A DNA stretch of 62,650 bases, the filler included, from Choristocarpus tenellus KU-1152 (taxonomy: Eukaryota; Protista; Phaeophyceae), in the NCBI GenBank assembly GCA_964200185.2. It is 13 parts of 13 records of this genome, joined end to end, with 100 filler letters (N's around TTAATTAATTAA, not from the genome) between each part and the next. Parts side by side here need not be neighbours in the genome. Positions count along the whole stretch, not along the records: positions 10,506 to 13,542 come from CAXNAD020022774.1; positions 13,643 to 16,613 come from CAXNAD020023264.1; positions 16,714 to 23,835 come from CAXNAD020006657.1; positions 23,936 to 29,621 come from CAXNAD020010014.1; 9 more parts are not named here. One strand, 5' to 3'. Position 1 is the first letter of the stretch. Each line of letters begins with the position of its first letter. Shown here one piece after another: positions 13,012-24,079 of the stretch. Made by a program: the position numbers and the translations under genes. The notes under the pieces are model-generated. The model was given only the letters and a program-made list of their open reading frames with translations. It searched no databases and had not been told where the DNA came from.

Positions 13012-14557
13012 CTCGAGCATCAGCTCATGTTAACCCTTGTACACCTAGGAAGGACCCTTGAATAGGAAAATAGGGTGATGTAGAGGGAGGACAAGATCAA
13101 GGTCAAGACAGGGACACTATTGTGATTGTGAGGTGGTATGGCAGGATGAAGATGTATTGGAAAGCGATATCCTCACACTTGTGTGTGTTTGTGTGTATGC
13201 TTGATCATCTCCAAGTTGAAAAGGAAGAGTCATCTACAATTGGGAGATAAAAGTCCAATGAGTGAATGATTCACCCTGTTGGCTTAATGTGACATTCTGG
13301 ATATTGTATTTGTCAGAGTGTTGGTATTCTGTACCCCTGAGTACAACCCTACGATCTTGGCATGACTCCAAAGGGAGGTGTCTTTTATCAAGGTGATTGT
13401 CAGGTGGCCATGCAAATACAGGGTTGCAATTTTGTGAGCACCAAGGAGGGGGGGGGGGGGGGGGGGGGGAGTTTGGTGGTGTATGAAGAATTTTGTTATT
13501 GAGTATTTGTTAGTGTTCTTTGATTTAAACTATCCATATAAANNNNNNNNNNNNNNNNNNNNNNNNNNNNNNNNNNNNNNNNNNNNTTAATTAATTAANN
13601 NNNNNNNNNNNNNNNNNNNNNNNNNNNNNNNNNNNNNNNNNNCCGTTGGCGTGGTAATAACGATGCCTCATCCTCGCTGGCTGGGTGCATAATATTTTCC
13701 GTTTTCTGCCCATCACGAAGGTGGGCGTTCCTCCCCCGGCGAAAAAAACTCTACGAAACTGGCAGCAAGGCGTAAAGTCCCTTCGACTAGAGTCCTTCGA
13801 GGTACTGAAGGAAGTGTGTGAGACCTCGTCTCCACAGGTCGACCGCAATGCAGCCATACTGAACTATCTGAGTCGCAAGGAGTTTGCCGGCTTCACTTCT
13901 CTCAAGCAGGGGCTATGCATCCGTCTGCTTGCTAGGCAAGTCAAACCGCCACTGTGTTTTATCGTGTAGACAGCAGAAAGCGCAAAGTGTGCAGGTCGCA
14001 GCACATTGCACAGGAACGTTAAATAAGTGTCTCCTACGATGAAGAATATAGTCGGCCATTGTTGTGTCGAACGAAGAGCCCTTCGTAGTATTGTGGAAAT
14101 TCTACGAACAGTGTGTGATTCCTGTGTATGTGCGCTCTTGTCTTTTATGAACTACGACAATCGATCCATGAATATTTGCTGCAGTGGCGACCCTTTCCTT
14201 ATCATTACCTGCACATCGTTCTTGTTGACGTCTTTCATGGCCATTCTCTTTTTGCAGGTACAAGTCGTTCTGAAGGAAGATTCCTACGGCGAGGGACAAC
14301 AGGGACATCGAATTGGACGCGCACATGTCTGAGATGGTTGTCTCGCGCACCAGGCAGATTGTGTCCAAGGAGAAGTGGACACCAGAGCTCCAAAGGTTGG
14401 TAAATGGTGCAGTTGCAGCAGTTATCATTTTTTGCCTTTTCCGTATCTCCTGTGCACTCATACGTCCCCATGCGCCCCTCAATTGTAATATATACTGTCA
14501 GCGTCTTTTTCGGCACCACACTTATTGACTGTTGCAAAACTGCTCAGAATTCCGGAC

Positions 14558-14816
14558 GAGTGAAAGTATCTTAGAGGGTACGAGTTTGGCCCTGTTTGTC
14601 CATTTGGGGCTTGGCTTCCTATGGGATTTTTTGTTACATTTTCCTACTCCAAAATGTTTCGGAGTAGGTAAATTGTATACATTATGAAAAGATCTGTCCG
14701 GAACAAGGATATTGACACTTCCTAACAAACACAATATCCAAAATTTAATCAAAATCGGAACATTGGAATTTGCCCCCAAAATGGACGCGGCCCTACCCTC
14801 TAAGATACTTTGGCTC
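14558..14816 (-). mobile_element. MITE family A, full length
   Basis: Both TIRs present; no TSD; truncates the adjacent gypsy RT. Confidence 0.9.
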
Positions 14817-16600
14817 AAGTGCATATGTCCTTCCCATGTGGGAGAACAAGCAATCAGATCATCCATGTAAACTAGCAACCCACTCAATGGACCAAAGTTG
14901 GCAAAGGCTAAGGACATGATTCTTTGAAATTGCCAAGGGACATTTGATATCCCAAAGGGCATCCTCTTAAAAACGTATTTGCCTCTGGACGTGACAAAGC
15001 GGGTTTATCAATGTCATCCTCAGCAACAGGAATATGCCAATATGCACTCACAGAACACGAAGGAGTTGTACTTGTATCACGTACTTGAGTGGGGCTCCTT
15101 GTCATGTGATGTCTTGCTGAAATGGTACACGAACTGTTGTGAAATTGAAAGACGTTCTTGCCAATCAAGGATTACACCGAATGCCTGCATAACAATGAAA
15201 TATCAAGCAGAATTTTATCAGGACCAAGTTGGGAATCACTAAAGCTTCAACTGGCAATGTGGTGTCACCAAGTGTAAGTGCAAAACGAATAAATCCACGA
15301 ATACGAAAAAGGTGAATCATTTGCTGTACGTAGATTTATTTGCACCAGGTGGAACAGGATGCACATCAAAACGTTTCAGTTGAGGGTGATTGCGAACAAA
15401 TATTTCAGAAATACATGGTACATCACTGGCTGTGTCAATTGTCAAGTCATTTTCCTCTTGTTCTTCAACGGTGCCAGATACACGCACCCTTTGTGATGAA
15501 AACGACAAAGGTTTGGGCATGGATGGATATCTGCACAAAGAACTGTTGAACCATGTTTCATTATTTTTACACGAATTTGGTCGAACTAATGGCAAAGACA
15601 AATGCTTAGTGACACGCATGCAGGCAATAAATGATGCTTGCGGGGCAAGAGGTGTGACTGGTGTCAACCTCTGACGCTTGCCACTCCCTACGATGGTGTC
15701 AACAACAACACCATGGCTGTTCCCAAGTGGACAGGAGCCAAATCCACCTGGGCATCCCTAGGGACGCGGACGATAATGACCAGGTGTTGACTCACTGTCG
15801 TCACGAACACGAACACGACTTCCACGACCCCTTCCTCTACGACGCAAGTATGGCAAACGAGCACCCCACGGATTGTCTAGGCACGACTGGGTTGTGTGAC
15901 CCTCACGAGTCGCTGCCTGACAATCCGGGTACTGGCACACACTATTTTGCTGATCCATGGTGTACGTCGAGTTGGACGGTGAGGCTGTATAGGGCAATGT
16001 GTCTTGTGGTCGCGTCGGTCTGTCAGTGTGCCCGGCTGTGGGAGGTGGACCCGTTGATGACCGAGCTGGGGCCGTGTTAAGGGGTGCCTCCCCTGCTCGG
16101 TGACGTTCCACCCCCATACGTAGCCGTTGGCACTCTCGTTGTGCTTGCTCGAGTTCGCTACGGGGAACTTGATTGGAGTCCATTCCCCAAGCTTGAAACT
16201 TCATCAAATCCTGAAGCCATCCGGGAGGCACGGTGTTCGTTCTGGCGTACTTGTTGACGTGGTGCGCGATGAACGATGGTACAGCATTGCCGAACTGTGC
16301 CTGTGACATGGCCACCTCACAAGTAGTCGAACTTGGGGGGTGGGACCGGTTCTTCCTGGAATAGGACCTGACGAGTGTCACGGTCGCCCGAGCTAACATG
16401 ATGCTCTAGGGTCGACGACACGTGTCTGACATTCGCCTGTCGATCTGTGAAAGGGGAAGGGGGTGACCCACGTCTTCGTTAGGCATCTTTTGTCCTCGGT
16501 CAAACAGAAATGCCCTGTCACCTTATTTCTGAGGACACCGGTGTCGCCAATGTGAATTGTGTGATTCTGTGGCGGCATGGTTCACTCAGGCAAGGGTGGT
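14817..16600 (-). mobile_element. Degenerate Ty3/gypsy LTR retrotransposon gag-pol fragment
   Basis: RT motifs SAYWHIPV, MPFGISNVPWQFQRIM and LLVYMDDLIA; gag-like ORF 15758-16399 with a CQYPDC...GHTTQSC knuckle. Confidence 0.85.
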
Positions 16601-16812
16601 GAAGAGAATCACTNNNNNNNNNNNNNNNNNNNNNNNNNNNNNNNNNNNNNNNNNNNNTTAATTAATTAANNNNNNNNNNNNNNNNNNNNNNNNNNNNNNN
16701 NNNNNNNNNNNNNGGGGAGGGGAGGGGTCTGGTGTGTAACGGGGAACGAGAGTGAGAACAAGAGAGATATATATATAAGAGAGAGATATAAGAGAGATAA
16801 GAGAGAGAGAGA

Positions 16813-16865
16813 GAGTGAAAGTATGTTAGAGGGTACAAGTTTTGCCCTCTCTGTCCATTTGGAGG
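16813..16865 (-). mobile_element. MITE family A terminal fragment
   Basis: GAGTGAAAGTATGTTAGAGGGTAC...GTCCATTTGG. Confidence 0.7.
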
Positions 16866-16869
16866 GTGG

Positions 16870-17830
16870 AAGGGAGGGGTTGTAGTTGTTGTTGTTTTTG
16901 TGACATATCTTCCATCTGAGGGAAAGGAGAAGAAGTTATGGGTGAGGTGAAATTTAGCCCTTGGATGGGAACGGAGGGAGTGGGGTGATTCCTGTTTTCA
17001 CGGGCTTCCCACCCACAAACACAATGTTCGCGAAGCCATCCAGTGACCTATCTGCAGGCAAGGGGAGAGGGGTAGGGGGGGTGGGAGGGGGGAGGGAGGG
17101 GGGAGGGAGGGGATGTAGTTTGCTGTGTTTTATGACATATCTATTTTTGGAGGGGAAGGAGAAGAGGTTATGAGTGAGGTGAAGTTCAGGTGATCAATGA
17201 GAGAGAAGGAAGCAGGGTATCACCTTTGGTCACTGGCTGCACCCTACACCAACCCAATTTTACCCAAGCCATCCAACAGACGATATACAGGTGGGGGGGG
17301 ATACATGGGTATAGGGGGTATAGGAGGGGGAAGGGGTTGTGTTTTGTTGTGTTTGTGTTATGTGTGCATTCTTAGGGGAGAGGGAGAGGTGGTGGGTGAG
17401 GTGAAATTGAGACCCCCCTACAAAGACAATGCTACCCGAGTCATTCTTCAGCCCATGTACTGGTGGGGGGAGATGGGTAGATGGGATGGGAGAGAGGAGT
17501 TGTAGTTTGTTATCTTGTGCCTGTGACAAATCTATTTTTGGAGGGGAAGGAGAAGAGGTCATGGGTGAGGTGAAGTTCAGGTGATCGATGGAAGAGGAGG
17601 GAGCAGGGTATCACCTTTGGTCACCGGCTGCACCCTACACCAACACAACGGTACCCGAGCCATCCAACAGACTATCTGCAGGCGGGGGGGGGGAACATGG
17701 GTAGTGGGGATGGGAGGGGGGAGGGGTTTTATTGTGTTGTGTTTGTGATATGTCTGCATTCTCAGGGGGGGGAGAAGAGGTGGTGGGTGAGGTGAAATGC
17801 AGTCCTTGAATGAGAAAGGAGGGAGTGGGG
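16870..17830. repeat. Degenerate purine-rich tandem repeat, about 170-230 bp unit, about 5 copies
   Basis: GTGAGGTGAA recurs at ~16943, 17174, 17396, 17565 and 17786 with shared flanks (GGGGAAGGAGAAGAGG, CACCTTTGGTCAC, GCCATCCAACAGAC). Confidence 0.8.
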
Positions 17831-19754
17831 TCATTGTGGGTATTTTTTTAAGGTAGAAGGTGAAAGGGGCAGCAGGTGCAGCAGGGTGCCGGCGTCCGTT
17901 TTTGACCATCTCTCTCTTCGAAGGTTCAACAAGTGCATTATGACAGATTCTGTGCACGCGCTTTCCCAAACGGATGTCAATCAATGTCAATCAGGTGATG
18001 AGGCAGAGACAGCAACAACAGGCATCTCTCGTACTGGAAATCTCACCGACAGCCCGACTGACAAAAAGAGATCATCTCCACCCTGCCACAGTGATGTAAG
18101 TAAGGACTACAGGGTCAGTTGTCCCTCTTCAGGTTAGGGAAGACTACTATTGCTGTGATGCTGCATCAATGCTAGTCCCAAGAGCTTTACAGGTCAGAGA
18201 CACAGGGCGGTTCATCGCCTGATCCCATGAAGCCTCTTTTGCTCTGATCACCTCGCCCCCACTCCAACCCATTCTTGCACAGCCCATGAACTGTGGATTA
18301 GGTTACCTGAGGCGCGATGCCAACATCTGTGAGGCACCTTAGTCCAGTGAGAGTCAGTGTGGACCAGTGTATGTATTTCTTGCCACACTCGACAAGGAAG
18401 ATCCTTTCATCAAATGGACACTTGGTGGAATAGCAGTCAGTTTGCACACTGATGGACCATTGAAAACGCCTTGGAGACACCATGAGCATGTTGGCTCACA
18501 TGTGTGGGTTTCATCATTGTGGAGAATATTTATGGAATAAGTGGCCATCGAGTTGTGGTCCAGGCTGCAGCAAACCAGTGCGCTTGCGTGTGATGCAACC
18601 TACAGTACAAGCTGAAGGTCCTCAATATCATAATGGAGGGGACAACCACGTAATGGTGTGAAGGTGGTGAAGGACCCCCAGCAACTTCCTCTGCGTATCT
18701 GTAAGAATATGGCTTTGCTAGGTGGTATAGTGGAAGCGGTGGGATGGTACAGGTGCACTTTTAAGAGGCTCTACACCAAGTCGTCTTGGTTTGAAGAGGA
18801 GAGTGACTGGGCGGCTTCAAACTCCTCGCCACTGAATACAACCTAATGAGCCTCAGTATCCACGACGCAAGGGGTTAGCACAAACATGAAAACTTGATTT
18901 GGTTTCCCCGCCACTCACTGTCTGTCCTCACAATGTAATGAATGCTCTCAAGAGCAGTTATTCCAGGAAACGAGGCCGCATTCACCAAATGGTCCCCATA
19001 GTCTAACTTAGAGACGAGACTAGTGCGCAAAACGTCACCTGAGGTATCTACATCATCGTGACGCTCAAGGACAGGTGCTCTGAGGATCCTCAGAACACCT
19101 CCAATGCTGGTGGTGCTCTTTGCACCATCAATGACAAAGAAGTGTGGATGCAATACACATGAGCATTCGTGTGCAGAAACAGTATCTGACTCGGATCAGC
19201 TGCCAACGGGACCTTATTCCTCTGAGCAAGGAGGAAGTGTTGGTCTAGTTTGGTCTCTTAGGATGGAATGCGCTTCAAATTCTCAAATTCAAAGGAATCT
19301 ACTCTTCTGTTCTTAGAGCCAATATTGTATGGTTTCGTAAAATTGCCTGTTGTATTTGTGTCAACAAGGCTTGGAGATCTCGGTCTTGGTGTTACCACAT
19401 ACCTTGTAGTGTAGTAGTACGTGTGATATAATATGCAAGAGGGGTCTGATCCCACATCACTCTGGACTGCTGTTGTACAGTACATCTACACAAAGCTATG
19501 GACTCGCTCGCACTTGCGCTTTTGCATTTTTTCTTTCTTTTTTTTCCTGTGTGACTCAAGCACACACCAAACTTTACAAAGATAGGATTCAGGTACACCC
19601 AAGCTTCCACTGCAGCATCCTCGTGGCTCACCAGTAGGTGGGGGCTGTTCCCCCCACGAATTTTGTGGTTTTAAACCTCTATGGTTGACCAAACGTCTTT
19701 GGTCTGATTTCGACCATCCATATTCCACATGGTAATGTGTGTGGAGTTTGCCCC

Positions 19755-19927
19755 TAATGTTTGTTAGGAGATGTCAATATCATTGTTCTGGACAAAACTT
19801 ATCATATTGTTATAATTTACCTACTCCGAAACAGTTTGTAGTAGGTAAAATGTCATCAAAAACCCGTGGAAAACCAAGCCCCAAATGGACAAAGAGCAAA
19901 CTCGTACCCTCTAAAATACTTTCACTC
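19755..19927 (+). mobile_element. MITE family A, 5'-truncated
   Basis: Ends CTCGTACCCTCTAAAATACTTTCACTC. Confidence 0.85.
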
Positions 19928-20096
19928 AAGATTGTGAACCATTTATGAGTCCATATCTCCTCACCGTAGTTTGGATCTCCTCTTGAAACGTGCCCAATAT
20001 TTTTTGGTGTATTGTGTATTTGATCTCCATTGTTTGTTCATGCACATGAGTACACATTTTTTGAAAGCATTGTATTCTGCTTGGAAACGAATATCA

Positions 20097-20360
20097 GAGT
20101 GAACGTATCTTAGAGGTTACGAGTTTTGTTCTGTTTGTCCATTTGGGGCTTGGCTTCCCTTGGGGTTTTATGACATTTTCCTACTCCAAAATAGTTATTT
20201 TGGAGTAGGTAAAATGTACATGTTATGAAAAGGTGTGTTTGAAACAAGGATGTTGACACTTCCTAAGAAACACGATAGCCAATATTATATTGAAATCGCA
20301 ACAACACTGTGTTTTATCCCCCAAATGGACACAGTTCTACGCTCTAAGATACTTTGGCTC
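20097..20360 (-). mobile_element. MITE family A, full length
   Basis: Both TIRs; flanks ATCA/TTCA. Confidence 0.9.
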
Positions 20361-20435
20361 TTCAAATATTATCTAATTGACCTCTTATCTGTGTTTCAAC
20401 CAGTTTCCATCTACTCTCCTTTTGCACATTCCCCA

Positions 20436-20702
20436 GAGTCAAAGTATCTAGAGGGTAGAGCAGCGTCTGTTTGGGGGGTCAAAAAACCAATGTTACGATT
20501 TCGATATAATTTTGGCTATCGTGTTTGTTAGTTAGGAAGTGTCAATATTCTAGTTCCAGATACACCATTTCATAACGTGTACATTTTACTACTCCGAAAC
20601 ATTTTTGAGTAGGTAAAATGTCATAAAACGTCCACGGGAAGCCAAGCCTTAATCGGACAAACAGGACAAAACCCGTGTCCTCTTTTTAAGATACTTTCAC
20701 AC
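20436..20702 (+). mobile_element. MITE family A, full length
   Basis: GAGTCAAAGTATCTAGAGGGTAG...TAAGATACTTTCACAC; flanks CCA/CCA. Confidence 0.9.
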
Positions 20703-20822
20703 CCATCCACTTTGTCCTTAGCTTATTTTCTGTAACCCAGCAATCGTCTTACCACCTAGCAATTGCCACACAACTACTTGCATATGTTACATTAGGGCAT
20801 TGAGTATAAATAAATGAGAGGT

Positions 20823-21082
20823 GAGTTAAAGTAAACGAGAGAGCCGCTAGAGTTGGATTGTGAGGATGCTTGGATATATGTGCAAGATTCATCTTCTTTA
20901 CAAATGTGTGTAGTATTTTCTTGTAATTGCGTCGGAAAGATTAACACAATAGAGAAATAAACGCTCTCAAGTCAAACTTAGAACTTCATCCATAGAAATA
21001 TTGGTGAACGGACAAAGATTGTAGAACAGAATTGAAGTGCAAATGGGCAAAAAACCTGAGTATCTCTCCTGAACTTTGGCTC
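20823..21082 (+). mobile_element. MITE family C
   Basis: GAGTTAAAGTAAACGAGAG...CTCTCCTGAACTTTGGCTC, TSD GGT/GGT; homologous to 53365-53610; a partial internal copy follows at ~21170-21250. Confidence 0.75.
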
Positions 21083-22504
21083 GGTACCCGCCCCAGGTTG
21101 CCAGGAAATGTGCCCAAAATTTGTCATTTTTACAAGTGCGCATTTCCTGATCTGTGTCGAAAAGTTTTAAACAACAGAGAAATCAACCCCCTCAAGTCGA
21201 ACGTAGCACTTCATCCATAAAAATATGGGTGAATTGCAGAAGATCCAAGACTAGCCTGTAATGCTGAACAGCCAATAACTCAGTAACATTCTTCGTATTG
21301 TTCCTGCTTAATATACACAGGCGGCATTCATATACCATCCAATGTGTGTTGCTATTACTTACTGTTTGGTACACTATAGACATAACGTTGCTGTTGATAC
21401 ACTATAGACACCACTGGTGGAGCAGATAATAGGATGGAGAGTCAGTGATGGATGCGCCAGGGTACTGATATGTAGTAATAACATTCTGCTTGTGTACTTT
21501 ACTTATGTCATCATATACCAGATACTTTGAGCCTGATTGGTGTCCAGTGATCATTGTTCTGTGCTAGATACGCTTGTCATACTGAAGACAAATCAGTAGG
21601 TGATTCATAGATAGTGTGGCCGATTGCAAACCCCATAGTGTAGAGTAGTAAATGGGAAAATATATGTCCTCAAGCCTCTTGAACTCCGTCAACGGAACTG
21701 AGAGCACAAGCCCCTTGTAACACCAATATATTAGATTCACAGCAAGCCGTAAGTTGTCGTCTGCCAAGGCACATGATTGATCATCTTAACCTCAGGTCCA
21801 GTCTGGAATATACTCCAACAAACACACATCAACTACCGCTTTTGACGATAATATTTTTAACTTCATTTTTCCTGTCTTTAAACTTTATCTTGATCCTACC
21901 AACATGTTTCGTGATTCTCTATTTTATCCCTATTTTGCAGGTTTTATGCTTCGACATACCACACAAATGAAATCTGTTTTATAGCATACAGACTAATTTC
22001 CGGCAAATCAGTGACCGTTCCTGTCATAAATCTGAGTTATGTACATTGGGACAGATCCTCACAAATCAAAGATTCAAGAGTGTTAACTCTTTCATTCGTG
22101 ATACGAATCATTTGTATGCGTTCATATCGCTGCGAGTGGTGCGGGACAAATCATCCCACAACAAGATGAAATGTTGACAAATACAACAAGGCAAACCATC
22201 GTGGAAGGACTCAACTCAATGCATTAGTACCGCCAGGGAACCGTTTGTACATATTTCGAACATAGGAGAGTGGTACGTATAAATATTTGTACATGTTTCA
22301 TAGACGAGTGAGTGGTACGAGAAAAATACTTACCTGTATTTTGTTGTAATTATGCCCTCCGATACTTTGCAGATTTGTCAGGGGAATAACTAATGAAAAC
22401 TATTCACATGTCAGAAAACCCCCTAAAAAAGTAATAGTTGTCATAAAATTTGAACATTTGTATATATTTTAGTAGATGGGGGAGTGGTACGACAAATATT
22501 TGTA

Positions 22505-23700
22505 CTACCTCCGTGCCATAAGTCTGTGCCGCATTGACCATTACCTTTGAAAAATGATGATGAAATTAATTTCTGAAAGAAGATTTGGAATCCTTGACAA
22601 ATATCTGGCTAGGGTCAGCTCGTTTTAATATTATTGCTCCCCATCCATCATAACTTTATCAGCCACAGAAAAAGTCTCCATGTCTACCTTTGACGTGTTT
22701 TCAAGCTCACCAGATAATTGCCTCTTCCTTACCCCTGTGTGCTCCACACAGAAGTCATTTCCCTCTTTGCATCTAAGTGCTTGATTGTACACTACAAAAA
22801 GGAGCTGCCAAGCCCTCTCAAGTGTGGTTTCCTCATACTCCTCATACTGTTTCTTGATGACCTTCACCATCTCCTCGACAGAACCAAACCGCTCCCCCAT
22901 CACCCAGCATTTCAAAGACCTGAAGAAGCACAGGTACATGATGTTGAGGTCGGGGGAGTTAGATGGCTGCGTCACAAGCCTCATCGACCACCCCTCACCC
23001 CTCAGTCTTCCCTGCCCCTGACAAGATTTCTGAGTTGCCCTTGCCCGTGTGGGGGGTGGCACCGTCTTACTGAATGACAACGTGCTTCCCCTGCAACCAA
23101 GGTATCTTGGTCTTGATTACAGGCAGTAACTCCTCCGTGTACCACTCCCTGTACTCCAAATGGTCTGAAGTACAGTCCTGCTCATACACATCCCCCTTTT
23201 TATGGTTCTTGCTTGCCTTGTCTGCCGTTTTTGGCGCACACACACGCCAAACACCAAGCTTTCCATCAAAGCTGTGAGCCGAATCTGGGTGGCGTTGGCT
23301 GCAATGATCATCATGGTTTTTGAGATATGACTCTTGTGCTGCACAGTAGGGGACCCTGGATGGAAGGTTGCTAATATCCACATGAGGAAATATCCTAACC
23401 CTTTCCCCATCAGCACCACATTAAACCAGGTTTCATCCATATGGTTCGTGTTCGCCATGGAGATGTACACACCACGTTTCCGGTCCACTTGATCGCAAAC
23501 AAAGTCCATTCTCCATACCGTTTGCCACGATTTAAACTTGGGTTTGATCCAGCGGCGATTCGGCATGGCCCCCATATCATCCAACCACCTGTTTATGGTG
23601 TGCAAATTACCCTGGGAGGTAATGCTATTTGTTAGTAGTGAAGATAAGTAGGTGTGAAGCCTCACATGACCCCCTTTGCTGAACGTGATTACAGGTTGAA
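22505..23700 (-). mobile_element. Tc1/mariner element with frameshifted transposase (plant/oomycete mariner type); 5' end not identified before the gap
   Basis: TA-CTACCTCCGTGCCATAAG TIR; HMDETWF, FDGKLGVWRV, QPSNSPDLNIMYLCFF and TLERAWQ motifs. Confidence 0.9.
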
Positions 23701-24079
23701 GATTAGAAGAGTGGCCTTTGTGTGGTGTCTTATTATTGCTTGTTTATTATTTATTTGTGCTTCCTATCTAAATCAACGGTTATGTCAAAGTAGTTTAATG
23801 CGGAATATATACCAATACACAATCCCATACATAATNNNNNNNNNNNNNNNNNNNNNNNNNNNNNNNNNNNNNNNNNNNNTTAATTAATTAANNNNNNNNN
23901 NNNNNNNNNNNNNNNNNNNNNNNNNNNNNNNNNNNACACCTTCCTTACTTCATGTACAACCTGTTCTGCATAATGAGGAATTAATCGAGTTATTCACATA
24001 CACAAGTTTTTGGGAACACCAATTTCTTTAACATGCTAGCTAGCACGACGTACTGAATTGCGCTAAGTTCTCAAGGCTA

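Noticed and set aside
13685-13969. VDRNAAILN resembling the TnpB/Fanzor RuvC-III motif DRDxNAA
   Set aside because: Spacing is wrong, and there is no preceding CxxC zinc finger or RuvC-I/II motif.
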